The notes: generated by a model not told the origin, from the letters alone. Positions 9,035 to 19,569 are shown, counted from the stretch's first letter. The stretch is 56,959 nt of DNA from Dehalococcoidia bacterium (GCA_034428575.1 DAOUHP010000114.1:1-56959); one strand, 5' to 3'. Program-made: numbers and translations.

Positions 9035-9580
9035 TTAGTTCCAGAGGAGAGGCAGGTTCACCGCCGCCACCATGAAGAAGAGCATCGGGATGGAGAGCAT
9101 GGTGTTCGTGCGGGAAGCCAGCAGCGCGGTTCGCGCCCACTTCGGCTGTTCGGCAGGAGCGGGTGTCCCGTTCTCGAGGGTGTCCTTCACGGCAGCGATG
9201 ATCTTCTGCTGGTTCGGCCAGATAATCATCCAGACGTTGTACGCCATGACGATGCCCAGGACGCCGCCGATGATGATCGACTTCCCGCGAGCCGTGTCCA
9301 ACAGATAGGAGCCACCGGCGTTGAGGTCGCCCACGCCCATTTCTGCACTGACGATGAAGAGGAGGCCGAAGAGCAGAGTGGACAGCGAAGCCCAGCGGAA
9401 GACATTCAGCGAGAACGGCAGGATGGTCGTCTGGTAGTGCGGCCTGGCCGACGCTTCCATGCGTGGGAGAGCGATCGCCTGAATGAAGTTGTAGAAGTAC
9501 AGTATGCCTATCCACAGTATGCCGCTGAAGATATGCCCGTAACGCACGAGGTCTAGGTAAACTTGTTCTGCGTCTGACAT
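9035..9580 (-). CDS. Integral membrane protein, 4 predicted TM helices, function unknown
   Basis: ORF 9035..9640(-). Start set to ATG 9580 (MSDAEQ) with an AAGGAG SD. Hydrophobic segments include HIFSGILWIGILYFYNFIQ and SIIIGGVLGIVMAYNVWMIIW. Confidence 0.7.
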   Translation of the reverse strand: MSDAEQVYLDLVRYGHIFSGILWIGILYFYNFIQAIALPRMEASARPHYQTTILPFSLNVFRWASLSTLLFGLLFIVSAEMGVGDLNAGGSYLLDTARGKSIIIGGVLGIVMAYNVWMIIWPNQQKIIAAVKDTLENGTPAPAEQPKWARTALLASRTNTMLSIPMLFFMVAAVNLPLLWN

Positions 9581-9614
9581 CGGTTGCTCCTTTCCCGGCA
9601 GTTGTGCAGCGAGA

Positions 9615-10001
9615 TTACTCCACGACGGTAATCTTGCCAACCATCCCCGAACCTTCGTGTCCGGCCACCGTGCACACGAGCCTGTACGTTCCCGCTTCCT
9701 TGAAGGTGAAGGTCTCGACCTGGGGCTCTTCGTTCCTCGGCACGACCCAGTTGATGCTCAACTCCTTCACGGTAAAGGTATGCGGTTCATCTTCGGATAG
9801 CAAGCGGAATTTCACCGTCTCCCCCACTTCAAATTCGAAGGACTTGGGTTCGTAGAGGTAGTTCCGCATATCGACGTCCAGCACGCCGTCCGTCGGCACG
9901 GCAGGTGTCGGGGTGGGTCCGGAGGGACCACATCCGGCAAGGATGCCCAGCGCAAGAACAGCTATCGTGAGGTAGAGGGCTAAGGTGGAACGTATCTTCA
10001 C
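9615..10001 (-). CDS. Cupredoxin (plastocyanin/azurin-like blue copper) lipoprotein
   Basis: Lipobox LAGC, a PTPTP linker, and type-1 Cu ligand pattern H(TF)...C-TVAG-H-EGSG-M near the C-terminus. Confidence 0.8.
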   Translation of the reverse strand: MKIRSTLALYLTIAVLALGILAGCGPSGPTPTPAVPTDGVLDVDMRNYLYEPKSFEFEVGETVKFRLLSEDEPHTFTVKELSINWVVPRNEEPQVETFTFKEAGTYRLVCTVAGHEGSGMVGKITVVE

Positions 10002-10010
10002 AGGTCTATT

Positions 10011-11294
10011 TTACAGCGACGCCATTGCGTCCCGCGCCTGCTGGGCGGCGAACGCGATGTCTTCCGACGTGTGCGCCAGCGACACGAACGCAGCCTCGAA
10101 CTGCGACGGCGCAAGGTAGACTCCGCGCTCCAGCAGTCCGTGGAAGAACGCGGCATACTGCCCTGTATCCGAGGACGCCGCCTCGACCCAGGTCGTTACG
10201 GGTGGTCCGGTGAAGAACGTCGTGAGCATGGAGCCGACCCTGTTCACCGCAAGCGACACGCCCGCGGCTTCTCCCACAGCGAGTAGCCCGGCCTCGGCCT
10301 CGGCGCCGAGCGCCTCCAGCGTGTCGTAAGCACCCGGCTTCGCCAGCTCCTGCAGACAGGCGATGCCCGCAGCCGTGGCGAGTGGGTTACCGGAGAGCGT
10401 TCCCGCCTGGTACGCGGGGCCGAGCGGGGCCGCCACCTGCATCACATCGGCACGACCGCCGTATGCTCCCACTGGCAGGCCGCCTCCGATGATCTTGCCA
10501 AGACACGTGAGATCGGGCCTCATGCGGTAGCGCTCTTGCGCCCCGCCATACGCCACCCGGAAGCCGGTGATCACCTCGTCGAATATGAGCAGCGCGCCGT
10601 TGTCGTCGCACAGCTTCCGGAGACCGGTCAGGAAGCCATCGGCCGGGGGGACGACGCCCATGTTGCCCGCGACCGGCTCCACGATGACTGCCGCGACCTG
10701 GTTCACATTCGCGTCGAAGAGCGCCTCAACCGACGCAAGGTCGTTGTACTCGGCGACGAGTGTCTCCGCTGCGTAGCCGAGGGGGACGCCGGCGCTCGTC
10801 GGGACCCCGTAGGTCGCTGCGCCCGACCCCGCCTTCACGAGCAGGCCGTCCGCGTGGCCGTGGTAGTTGCCGTTGAACTTGAGCAGTTTGCTGCGGCCCG
10901 TGTAAGCGCGAGCGATGCGGATGGCGCTCATCGCAGCCTCGGTGCCAGAGTTGACCAGGCGCAACATCTCGATGGACGGCATGGCGCGCGTTATGAGCTC
11001 TGCGAGCTCCACTTCGCCTTCCGTCGGCGCGCCGAAGCTCGTGCCGTCCGCCGCCGCACGCTGCACCGCCTCGACCACGGCCGGGTGCGCGTGGCCCAGC
11101 ACCAGCGGCCCCCACGACCCCACGAAGTCGAGGAATTCATTGCCATCCGCGTCCCGCACATGCGCGCCGCTCCCGCTGACGATGAACGGAGGCGTGCCGC
11201 CCACCGCTCCGAACGAGCGGACAGGGCTGTTGACACCGCCGGGGATGAGCCTGCGAGCGCGGGTGAAGAGTCGTTCCGAGTTATCGAGCCGCAT
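10011..11294 (-). CDS. hemL: Glutamate-1-semialdehyde 2,1-aminomutase
   Basis: Full-length match to the HemL pattern (LIPGGVNSPVRSF, FDEVITGFRV, class III aminotransferase). Confidence 0.95.
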   Translation of the reverse strand: MRLDNSERLFTRARRLIPGGVNSPVRSFGAVGGTPPFIVSGSGAHVRDADGNEFLDFVGSWGPLVLGHAHPAVVEAVQRAAADGTSFGAPTEGEVELAELITRAMPSIEMLRLVNSGTEAAMSAIRIARAYTGRSKLLKFNGNYHGHADGLLVKAGSGAATYGVPTSAGVPLGYAAETLVAEYNDLASVEALFDANVNQVAAVIVEPVAGNMGVVPPADGFLTGLRKLCDDNGALLIFDEVITGFRVAYGGAQERYRMRPDLTCLGKIIGGGLPVGAYGGRADVMQVAAPLGPAYQAGTLSGNPLATAAGIACLQELAKPGAYDTLEALGAEAEAGLLAVGEAAGVSLAVNRVGSMLTTFFTGPPVTTWVEAASSDTGQYAAFFHGLLERGVYLAPSQFEAAFVSLAHTSEDIAFAAQQARDAMASL

Positions 11295-11322
11295 CGTGCT
11301 GAGAGTGACAGTCTAGCACGCC

Positions 11323-11778
11323 CTATAGCATCGCTATCCTCACGCGCAAGGCCAGTGGGTCGCTCAAGGTTGAGCGGTACTCGGTGTAGTTGGCGATGAG
11401 CGCCCACCGCTCTCGGTACACAGAGAGCCGGTCACTCAGGGGTTCCTCCGGGGGAGAATCGAGTTCCAGTTTCCATTCGGGCTCGCCGGGAGCGCCGGTG
11501 GCGAATCGCTCGAATACAGTGGAAGGCAACAACCACGCTTCCGGGCCCGGAGCGACACACAGGATGAACAGGTGCGGGCGGGGGCGGAAGCGGCGCATGA
11601 GGAAGGAACGCCCGTCTTCCGCAGAAACAGGCTCCCTGACGATGACCTCCACGTACTGCCCGTCGCCCGTCCTGACGGCGAGGTCCACGTCGGCGGAGCC
11701 GCCGACCGGCTCGAACACGGCCGCATGCCGCTCTATGAGATTCCCGGTGACGTACTCTTTGGCGCTGGCGTCAGCCAT
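11323..11778 (-). CDS. Hypothetical protein, possibly a PD-(D/E)XK nuclease-like fold
   Basis: ORF 11323..11979(-) trimmed to ATG 11778, just after the hemB stop. DVDLAV...YVEVIVRE resembles a D...E.K-type core. No confident family assignment. Confidence 0.55.
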   Translation of the reverse strand: MADASAKEYVTGNLIERHAAVFEPVGGSADVDLAVRTGDGQYVEVIVREPVSAEDGRSFLMRRFRPRPHLFILCVAPGPEAWLLPSTVFERFATGAPGEPEWKLELDSPPEEPLSDRLSVYRERWALIANYTEYRSTLSDPLALRVRIAML

Positions 11779-11782
11779 GGGC

Positions 11783-12808
11783 TCAGACGTCTCCCCGCAG
11801 GAGCCTGGCGGCGTCCCTTGCGAAGTACGTGATGATGATGTCGGCGCCCGCGCGCTTGATGCTCGTGAGCGTCTCCAGCATGGCGGAGCGTTCGTCCAAC
11901 CAGCCGTTGGCTGCGGCAGCCTTGAGCATGGCGTATTCGCCCGAGACGTTATACGCAGCGATGGGAAGGTCGAACGCATCTCGCGCCCGCGCGATCACGT
12001 CCAGATATGCGAGTGCCGGCTTGACCATGAGGATGTCAGCCCCTTCGGCAGCGTCCTGCTGCAGCTCACGCATCGCTTCCCTGGCATTCGCACCATCCAT
12101 CTGGTACGCCTTCCGGTCGCCTGACTGAGGAGCTGAGTCCGCGGCGGCGCGGAACGGCCCGTAGAAGGCGGATGCCATCTTGGAAGCGTAGGCCATCACC
12201 GGAACATCCTCGTGCCCGGCGGAATCGAGGGCGGCACGTATCGCTCCCACCTGCCCGTCCATCATTGCAGACGGAGCGACGATGTCCGCCCCGGCGTCGG
12301 CCTGCGAAACCGCCGTGCGAGCGAGCAGTTCGAGCGTCGCGTCGTTGGCAACCGTTCCGTCATCCAGCAGCACGCCGCAATGGCCGTGATCGGTGTATTC
12401 GCAGAGGCAGACGTCCGTGATGACCACCACATCCGGGAGCGCCTGCTTCAACGCCGACGTTGCCTGCTGGATGATGCCGTCAGAATCGTACGCGCCGGAG
12501 CCGAGCCTGTCCTTGGTCGGCGGCAGGCCAAAGAGGAGCACTGCACGAACACCGAGTTGCTCCGCCTCTGCCGCTTCCCGAACGAGATTGTCTATGGAGA
12601 GTTGCGCCTGCCCTGGCATGGGGTCGATGGGCACCCGAACGTCGCGACCGTGCGTTACGAACACAGGAAAAACGAGATCAGCGGGACGCAGGGACGTCTC
12701 CCGCACCATCTCCCGCAACACAGGAGTGCGCCGGAGCCTGCGCGGACGAACCGCGGGGAAGAGCGCATTCCCGGTAAGGCCCCCCCGTTCGGTCCGTAGC
12801 TCACTCAT
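11783..12808 (-). CDS. hemB: Porphobilinogen synthase (delta-aminolevulinate dehydratase)
   Basis: [17 protein letters not shown] start, active-site region [27 protein letters not shown]. Confidence 0.95.
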   Translation of the reverse strand: MSELRTERGGLTGNALFPAVRPRRLRRTPVLREMVRETSLRPADLVFPVFVTHGRDVRVPIDPMPGQAQLSIDNLVREAAEAEQLGVRAVLLFGLPPTKDRLGSGAYDSDGIIQQATSALKQALPDVVVITDVCLCEYTDHGHCGVLLDDGTVANDATLELLARTAVSQADAGADIVAPSAMMDGQVGAIRAALDSAGHEDVPVMAYASKMASAFYGPFRAAADSAPQSGDRKAYQMDGANAREAMRELQQDAAEGADILMVKPALAYLDVIARARDAFDLPIAAYNVSGEYAMLKAAAANGWLDERSAMLETLTSIKRAGADIIITYFARDAARLLRGDV

Positions 12809-14315
12809 CGCTCAGAACCTCCAACACGGCGTCCGCGACCCCGCGCACGGTGTGTTCTGCCGCCTCTGCATCAACTCGTACGCCAAGCTCTGACGCGGTC
12901 TTGCTCGTTACCGGTCCGATGGAAACCACCTTGCTCCCGTTGATGAGCTCAGCGCCACCCAGCAGGCTCACGAGGTTCCGCACCGTGGAAGAGCTCGTGA
13001 ACGCCACCGCGTCTATCGTACCAGAGGCCAGCGTCTCCCTTGCAGCAGTAGCCGCGTCGGCAGGTATGGCCGTGTGGTAGGCGCTGACCTCAGTGACAAG
13101 CGCCCCCATCTCGCGAAGTCCGTCCGGAAGAGTCGGCGGAGCGACGTCGGCGCGCGGCAGGAGTATCCGCGAGCCACGGATGTCCAGCGAAGCGAATGAG
13201 TTCGCGACCGAACGCGACGTGTACGCGGCGGGGAGCAGGTCCGCGGTTATGCCGCGAGAGGCGAGCGCATCTGCTGTGGCCGGTCCGATGGCTGCTACCT
13301 TGGCCTGCGCGAACGCTCGCGCGTCCCTTCCCGCTGCAGCCAGACGCCCGAATACGGCATCCACGCCGTTGGTGCTCGTGAAGATGACCCAGTGGAAGCT
13401 GGCCAACTCCGCAAGAGCAGCATCCAGCATCGACACATCGGAGAGCGGTTCAACCGCAATCGTCGGCAGTTCCACCGCTTCCGCGCCATGCGCGGTCAAC
13501 AGCGCACTGAGCGTACCCGCCTGGGTGCGCGAGCGCGTAACGAGCACGCGTCTGCCGAAGAGGGGAGTGCGGTCGAACCAGCGCAGAGCAGGACGCAGGG
13601 CCGCGGTTTCGCCGATGACCGTGACTACCGGCGACGTGATCCCTGTCGCCTCACCCCTCTCCACGATGTCCGCCAGCGTGCCGCTCACTGTGCGTTGGTG
13701 TGGAAGCGTGCCCCACTGCGTTACGGCGGCAGGGGTATCCGGCGACCGTCCTTCCTCGAGCAGCGCCCTGACTATGGTTGGCAGACTGCGCCATCCCATG
13801 AGCACGACGAGCGTTCCGCCCAGGCGGGCGAGCGCTTTCCAGTCCACCTGGGGGTCCGGTTTCGCGGGGTCTTCGGAACCGGTAACGACCGTAAACGCGG
13901 CCGCGATGTCCCGGTGCGTGACCGGCACTCCGGCATATGCGGGGACCGCTATGGCGGACGTGACACCGGGGACCACATCGAACGGTACGCCTGCCTCAGC
14001 CAGGGCTATTGCCTCCTCACCGCCGCGCCCGAACACGAACGGGTCCCCGCCTTTCAGCCGGACGACCGTCCTGCCGTTCCACGCATGCGCTGCAAGCTGC
14101 TCGTTTATGAAGGTCTGGAACTCGCCCGGGGTATCGGGCTCCTTGCCAACGTAGATCAGCTCCGCGTTGGGCGCCAGCGCGAGTACCGCCGGCGAGACGA
14201 GCCGGTCGTACACCACAACATCGGCCCTGCGGAGCAGTTCAGCGCCTCTCGCTGTGATAAGACCGGGGTCTCCCGGGCCGGCCCCAACCAGGTATACGGC
14301 GCCGCTCGCCCTCAT
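12801..14315 (-). CDS. cobA-hemD: Bifunctional uroporphyrinogen-III C-methyltransferase / uroporphyrinogen-III synthase
   Basis: N-terminal [18 protein letters not shown]-methylase domain plus a C-terminal HemD-like half. 8-nt overlap with hemB and an ATGA overlap with hemC. Confidence 0.9.
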   Translation of the reverse strand: MRASGAVYLVGAGPGDPGLITARGAELLRRADVVVYDRLVSPAVLALAPNAELIYVGKEPDTPGEFQTFINEQLAAHAWNGRTVVRLKGGDPFVFGRGGEEAIALAEAGVPFDVVPGVTSAIAVPAYAGVPVTHRDIAAAFTVVTGSEDPAKPDPQVDWKALARLGGTLVVLMGWRSLPTIVRALLEEGRSPDTPAAVTQWGTLPHQRTVSGTLADIVERGEATGITSPVVTVIGETAALRPALRWFDRTPLFGRRVLVTRSRTQAGTLSALLTAHGAEAVELPTIAVEPLSDVSMLDAALAELASFHWVIFTSTNGVDAVFGRLAAAGRDARAFAQAKVAAIGPATADALASRGITADLLPAAYTSRSVANSFASLDIRGSRILLPRADVAPPTLPDGLREMGALVTEVSAYHTAIPADAATAARETLASGTIDAVAFTSSSTVRNLVSLLGGAELINGSKVVSIGPVTSKTASELGVRVDAEAAEHTVRGVADAVLEVLSDE

Positions 14316-15232
14316 GGAGCAGCCTCCTCCAGTAGCGCGGATGCACCCTGCTCAAGGAACGCGTGGTACGCAGCCCTTCCCAGAAGGTCAGGCTCCAGGA
14401 TGCTGCCCGTCACCTCAACGCGATAGCTCGTGGAGCCGTCCGGAGGTGTAACCGTCGCGAACAGCCGCATCTGGTCTCCCTGCACCTCGGCAAACGCCCC
14501 AAGCGGCAGGCGGCAGCCGCTGCCTGCCGCACGCAGCAGAGCACGCTCCGCTTCGACTGCGGCCTTGGTCGGCTCGTGCACGAGTTGGCGAAGGAGTGCG
14601 AGCATCTCCCGGTCGTCGGAGCGCGCTTCGGCAGCGAGCGCAGCCTGCGCGGGCGCCGGGGTGCACACGTGAGGGGAGAGGCGTTCTGCGATGCGTTCTG
14701 TCATGCCGAGGCGCTCCACGCCAGCAGCAGCGACGACAACACCGTCGTAGTCCGGCCCCTCCGATTTGCCGATGCGCGTTTCCACGTTCCCGCGGATGGG
14801 CAGGAGTTGGATGTCCTTCCGTCCATGAGCGATCTGGGCGGCGCGGCGAGGGCTGCTCGTGCCGACGCGCGCTCCCTGCGGCAGATCGAGCAGGCCCACG
14901 TTCCAGCGGTCTATCAGGACGTCACGAGGGTCTTCGCGCTCCAGTACCGGAATGACGGTCAACCCTTCCGGCTGGGTGGTCGGCAGGTCCTTCAGACTGT
15001 GCACCGCCACGTCTACGCGCCCATCCTGCACGGCCTTCTCGATGGCAGACGTGAACACGCCGAGCCCCAGTGACTCGATGGCAGCGTCCGGCTGCTCGTC
15101 TCCGGTCGATGCGATGGTCTCGATGCGTACGGCATACTCCGGCGCCACGGATGCGAGTGCATCGGCGACCGCGCGCGCCTGCGTCAGCGCCAGCCTGCTC
15201 CCCCGTGTCCCGATGGTGATGGTGCGCGCCAT
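14312..15232 (-). CDS. hemC: Hydroxymethylbilane synthase (porphobilinogen deaminase)
   Basis: MARTITIGTRGSRLALTQA start and RGNVETR motif. The track ORF (to 15496) is an Arg-rich extension overlapping hemA. Confidence 0.9.
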   Translation of the reverse strand: MARTITIGTRGSRLALTQARAVADALASVAPEYAVRIETIASTGDEQPDAAIESLGLGVFTSAIEKAVQDGRVDVAVHSLKDLPTTQPEGLTVIPVLEREDPRDVLIDRWNVGLLDLPQGARVGTSSPRRAAQIAHGRKDIQLLPIRGNVETRIGKSEGPDYDGVVVAAAGVERLGMTERIAERLSPHVCTPAPAQAALAAEARSDDREMLALLRQLVHEPTKAAVEAERALLRAAGSGCRLPLGAFAEVQGDQMRLFATVTPPDGSTSYRVEVTGSILEPDLLGRAAYHAFLEQGASALLEEAAP

Positions 15233-15243
15233 GGCCGGACGCG

Positions 15244-16491
15244 CTACTCGTCCAGCCCGAAGAGCCGGCGGGCGGACTGCGTTACGGACTCGTCGTTGCG
15301 CTCGCGCAGGTGGGCGGTGGGCTGGTGCAGGAGCTTCTTTACGAGCGCCTTCGTCATCTGCTCGATGCGGCGCGCATCGTCCCCTGACAGTCCGTCCATT
15401 CGTTCGATCGTGCGCGCAACCTCGGCGGCGCGCATCTCTTCCGCTTCGTGTCTTATCGCGGCGATGGTGGGAGTAACTCCCCGTGCCTTCCACCACTGCC
15501 GGAACTTCGCCGTCTCCTCCGCGACGATGGCCTCAACGTGACGCGCTTCCGCCTCGCGCTGCTGCCGGTTGGCCTCGGCCAGCGATTCGACGTCTTCCAG
15601 CGTGTAGACATGGACGCCGTGGACCCTCGCCGCCGCGGGGTCCACGTCGCGCGGAACAGCCATGTCCATGATCGCAAGCGGTTCCCCGTTTCGACGGGCT
15701 GCGGCATCCTCGATGAGCGATGCGGACAGAATGAAGTCCGGAGCGGCGGTGGCGGTGACGGCCAGGTCCGCCTGTGCCAGCAGCGACGCGAGATTGTCCA
15801 GGGGCGCTATCTCCGCGTCCAACTCGTGCGCAAGTTCGACAGCGTTCGCGAGTGTTCGGTTGGCGATGACGATACTCGCCGCGCCGGAGTCCCGCAGCGC
15901 AAGGCCCGCAAGCCGGGACGCCTCCCCAACTCCGACGATCAGGATCCGCTTCCCCTCCAGCGACCCGATGGCCCGGCGAGCCAGCGCAACACATGCGCGG
16001 CTCAACGAGAGGGCGTTACGTCCGATGGCGGTCTCTGTGCGGGCGCGCTTGCCCGTGCGTAGTGCGCTGTGGAACAGGTGCGCCATCGCTCCGCCGGAAG
16101 CCCCCTGCTGCCTCGCGGCGCTGAATGCGTCCCTCACCTGCCCGAGTACCTCCGATTCGCCGAGGATCTGCGAATCGAGCCCGGATGCGACACGGAAGAG
16201 ATGCGACACCGCGTCGTTCTGCTCCAGCGTGTACAGGTGCTTCCGGACCGATTCGACCTCTACATCGAACTGCTCTTCGATGAACTGCTCGATGGCATGC
16301 TCCCCGTGTTTCAGCGACGGCGCGAGCGTGTATATCTCCGTGCGGTTGCAGGTGGCCACGATGACACCGTGACCGGCGTAACGCCGGAGGGTCTCCAGCG
16401 CCGGGGGCAAGGTCTCACTCGTCAGGCTCAACCGTTCCCGCGTTTCCAGCGGAGCGGTGTGATGGCTCAGGCCGGTCATGACGATGTTCAT
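15244..16491 (-). CDS. hemA: Glutamyl-tRNA reductase
   Basis: GLSHHTAPLETRE, ATCNRTEIY, NAD-binding ILIVGVGE. Start set to ATG 16491 (MNIVMTG), 5 nt after the upstream stop. Confidence 0.9.
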   Translation of the reverse strand: MNIVMTGLSHHTAPLETRERLSLTSETLPPALETLRRYAGHGVIVATCNRTEIYTLAPSLKHGEHAIEQFIEEQFDVEVESVRKHLYTLEQNDAVSHLFRVASGLDSQILGESEVLGQVRDAFSAARQQGASGGAMAHLFHSALRTGKRARTETAIGRNALSLSRACVALARRAIGSLEGKRILIVGVGEASRLAGLALRDSGAASIVIANRTLANAVELAHELDAEIAPLDNLASLLAQADLAVTATAAPDFILSASLIEDAAARRNGEPLAIMDMAVPRDVDPAAARVHGVHVYTLEDVESLAEANRQQREAEARHVEAIVAEETAKFRQWWKARGVTPTIAAIRHEAEEMRAAEVARTIERMDGLSGDDARRIEQMTKALVKKLLHQPTAHLRERNDESVTQSARRLFGLDE

Positions 16492-16495
16492 TCGC

Positions 16496-17170
16496 CTACG
16501 ACTCCCCGTCGGGACGCAGCGCTTCACGCAGCCGCTGCCTCGCCTCGTCGGCCTTGCCGGCGCGGACGAGATCGAGCAGCTGTTCGTCCATGGCGTCCTG
16601 CCACGCCTCCGGTGACGCGCTCCTGCCCTGCGCCTTCAATTCGGCACGAACCTCCGCCAGCGCATCCGCCGCGTCCGACCACTCGATGCACCGGCAGAAC
16701 GTATCGTGATCGTAGTGAGGCGGGTTCTGTGTTCCGCCCATCAACTCCCGTATCTTCCGCGCCAACGCGGGGCTGGCGCCGCCCGTAGAGACTGCAACCG
16801 TGACAGGGCCCCGTTGAACGATGGACGGAGCGATGAACCCGCACAACTCTGCGACGTCCACCACATTGAGCAAGGTCTTCTCCCGCTCCGCTTCCGCGTG
16901 GACGCTGCGCTGCACTGCTGGGTCGTCCGTTGCCGCCACCGCCAGCCAAGATCCGGCAAGGTCGCCCGGAGCATACGCGCGCCGGACCCAGCGCAGCCGC
17001 CCCTCGGACGCGATGCGCTCCAGTTCCGGCGTGGCGTCAGGGCTGACGAGCGTGACATCCGCGCCGGACACCAGAAGTTGTGCGGTCTTCCGCTCGGCTA
17101 CCTCGCCCCCGCCGATAACGACGGTGCGTCGTCCTGTTAGATTCAGATAGGCAGGGTAGTATTCCGTCAC
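16496..17170 (-). CDS. sirC: Precorrin-2 dehydrogenase / sirohydrochlorin ferrochelatase (CysG N-terminal/SirC type)
   Basis: YPAYLNLTGRRTVVIGGGEVAERK Rossmann start; GTG start codon at 17170. Confidence 0.85.
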   Translation of the reverse strand: MTEYYPAYLNLTGRRTVVIGGGEVAERKTAQLLVSGADVTLVSPDATPELERIASEGRLRWVRRAYAPGDLAGSWLAVAATDDPAVQRSVHAEAEREKTLLNVVDVAELCGFIAPSIVQRGPVTVAVSTGGASPALARKIRELMGGTQNPPHYDHDTFCRCIEWSDAADALAEVRAELKAQGRSASPEAWQDAMDEQLLDLVRAGKADEARQRLREALRPDGES

Positions 17171-17263
17171 GCAGGGCCTCTGCTAGCGTCCTTGGTGCAT
17201 TAGCGTACAGCACCGGCCTCCCGTACGCACGGCCCTTGTCGTCCGTATTCCGCCTCCAGTCGT

Positions 17264-17292
17264 TTGACGCGCCCGCGTTTGTGCTCTATACA
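17264..17292 (+). promoter_or_regulatory. Candidate sigma70-type promoter (TTGACG-17 nt-TATACA) upstream of the MoxR gene
   Basis: Hexamers read directly. The -10 abuts ATG 17292, which argues for the in-frame TTG 17331 start (AGGAG SD 7 nt upstream). Confidence 0.3.
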
Positions 17293-18308
17293 TGCAGCAC
17301 ATACGAGGAGCAGTCCTCAGGAGTAGTACATTGGTAGCCTCTGGACGCGAGTTAGACCTGAGTGGAGCGAGAGAAGTAGCCGATAGGCTGCTGGACAACC
17401 TCGGCAAGGTGGTCCTCGGCAAGGGGGAAGAGGAGCGGCTGGCTGTGATGACACTGATGTGTCGAGGCCACCTCCTCATCGAAGACGTGCCCGGCGTGGG
17501 CAAGACCATGCTGGCGCGCAGCATCGCGAGATCGATCGGGGGCAGCTTCCGCCGCATCCAGTTCACGCCCGATCTGCTCCCAGCCGACATCACCGGCGTC
17601 TCCGTGTTCAACCAGAAGAACGGCGAGTTCGAGTACCGCGAGGGCCCCATCTCTGCGCAGGTGGTCCTGGCGGACGAGATCAACCGGGCGTCCCCCAAGA
17701 CGCAGGCCGCGCTCCTGGAAGCGATGGAAGAGCACCAGGTAACCGTGGACGGGGTGGCGCATCCCATGCCGGAGCCATTCATCGTCATGGCGACGCAGAA
17801 CCCCATCGAATACGAGGGTACGTTCCCGCTGCCGGAAACCGAGTTGGACAGGTTCCTCGTCCGCCTGCACCTCGGCTACCCTGACTCCGAGGACGAGATC
17901 CGGGTACTGGAAGCGCAGCAATACGCCCATCCGGTGGACCATTTGGAGGCGGTGGTTGATGGGGATGACCTGCTCGCTCTCCAGGAGGCTGTGCGTACCA
18001 TCCACGTCGCGGATGAAGTGAAGGAATACATCGTCGCGTTGGCGAACGCGACACGGAACCACGGAAGCCTTTACCTGGGAGCATCGCCCCGCGGCTCGCT
18101 GGCGTTGTTCCGACTCGCGCAGGCCAAGTCGCTGTTGGAAGAGCGGGATTACGCGCTCCCGGACGACGTGAAGGCGCTGGCGTATCCCGCCCTTGGACAT
18201 CGCATCATCCTCAGCTCGGCGGCGCGCATCCAGGGCACGACAGCGGCGGATGCCATCGCTGAAGTGCTGGAGCGAACGCCCGTAGCGGGAGCGCTGCCCG
18301 GCGTGTGA
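17292..18308 (+). CDS. MoxR-family AAA+ ATPase
   Basis: Walker A GVPGVGKT, Walker B VVLADEINRA, MoxR-type C-terminal region. The true start may be TTG 17331. Confidence 0.9.
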   Translation: MQHIRGAVLRSSTLVASGRELDLSGAREVADRLLDNLGKVVLGKGEEERLAVMTLMCRGHLLIEDVPGVGKTMLARSIARSIGGSFRRIQFTPDLLPADITGVSVFNQKNGEFEYREGPISAQVVLADEINRASPKTQAALLEAMEEHQVTVDGVAHPMPEPFIVMATQNPIEYEGTFPLPETELDRFLVRLHLGYPDSEDEIRVLEAQQYAHPVDHLEAVVDGDDLLALQEAVRTIHVADEVKEYIVALANATRNHGSLYLGASPRGSLALFRLAQAKSLLEERDYALPDDVKALAYPALGHRIILSSAARIQGTTAADAIAEVLERTPVAGALPGV

Positions 18309-18345
18309 TGCGCCGGACCACGGTTACGGCTTGGGAGATGCCAGC

Positions 18346-19569
18346 ATGAACGTGCGTGTGGTATGGATCGGCGTAGGGCTGCTCCTGCTGCTCCTGGCGC
18401 TGTCCACCGGAGGCGCGCTCTACTACAGGCTGTTCCTGGGACTCCTCGCCGTGCCCGCGCTCGGATTCCTCGCCAGCGTGCTGTCGGCGCGCCGCATAGA
18501 GGGCGGCGTGCAACGGCTCACGGCCTACCTGCAGGTAGGAGACAGCGTGGATGAGCGCATCGTTCTGCAGAACACCCACTGGTGGCCGAAACTGCTACTG
18601 GAAGTGCAGCACGACACGCAGCCGTTCGGACGGGCAGGACGCATCGCAACCCTCTGGCCGTACGCGTCGCTCGCCTGGACGACGTCCAGCCATTGCGAGC
18701 GCCGCGGCATCTACCGGTTCGGCGAATTGGAGATAACGAGCCGAGACCCATTCGGCCTCTTCAGCAGGACCTTGCGCCTGGGTAGCCCCCAGAGCGCGCT
18801 GATCTACCCTGCCACCGTTGACATCTCCGGCTTCTTCGTGCTGTCCGGCAGGGGCTGGACGGAAGGAATCGTCCAGGGACGCACTTTCACGCCCAGTCCC
18901 ATAGCCGCAGGCGTGCGGGAGTACACGTCCCATGACGCAGTGAGCAGGGTGCACTGGCCCGCAACAGCCCACGTCGGCAAGCTCATGGTGAAGGAGTTCG
19001 ACCGCGAACCCTCCGGCCCCGCAGATGCTGTCTGGGTCGTGCTCGACCTCGATGAGCGTGTGCAGGCAGGAGAGGGAAGTGAGAGTACGGTGGAGTACGG
19101 CGTGACGACCGCCGCATCCGTGGCAAAGCGCTTCCTGGACTCGGGTCGCAATGTGGGGGCGGTCTTCTCCGGACGGGAACAGACCATCATCCCGGCGGCC
19201 TCGGGCATCACGCAGCTGGGGCGTGTCTTTCAGGCGCTCGCGCTGATAGAGCCCGGTAGTGCGGGGGGTGTGCAGGAGACTTCCGACGCAGTGAAGAACG
19301 AGTTGAGCACGGGCGCGAGCATCGTGCTCATCACGGCAGCGCCCCCGGCAGCCGTTTCTCCTGCCGTGGACATGCTGCGCGCCACCGGCGCGGCGGTCGT
19401 GCCGGTGCTCATGGATGCGCCCAGCTTCACGGGCGGACGCAGCGCCGCCAGCGGATTCGACGCCTACGTTATCCGCATGGGGGATGAGATCGGAAGAAAG
19501 CTGGACTATCGCTCCGCGCCGGCGAGCCTTGCCATACCGGGACACGAACTCGAGGGTAGGGCTCGATGA
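18346..19569 (+). CDS. DUF58 domain protein (two N-terminal TM helices)
   Basis: It follows MoxR, as DUF58 genes typically do. [14 protein letters not shown] motif. ATG 18346 has a GGGAG SD. Confidence 0.8.
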   Translation: MNVRVVWIGVGLLLLLLALSTGGALYYRLFLGLLAVPALGFLASVLSARRIEGGVQRLTAYLQVGDSVDERIVLQNTHWWPKLLLEVQHDTQPFGRAGRIATLWPYASLAWTTSSHCERRGIYRFGELEITSRDPFGLFSRTLRLGSPQSALIYPATVDISGFFVLSGRGWTEGIVQGRTFTPSPIAAGVREYTSHDAVSRVHWPATAHVGKLMVKEFDREPSGPADAVWVVLDLDERVQAGEGSESTVEYGVTTAASVAKRFLDSGRNVGAVFSGREQTIIPAASGITQLGRVFQALALIEPGSAGGVQETSDAVKNELSTGASIVLITAAPPAAVSPAVDMLRATGAAVVPVLMDAPSFTGGRSAASGFDAYVIRMGDEIGRKLDYRSAPASLAIPGHELEGRAR

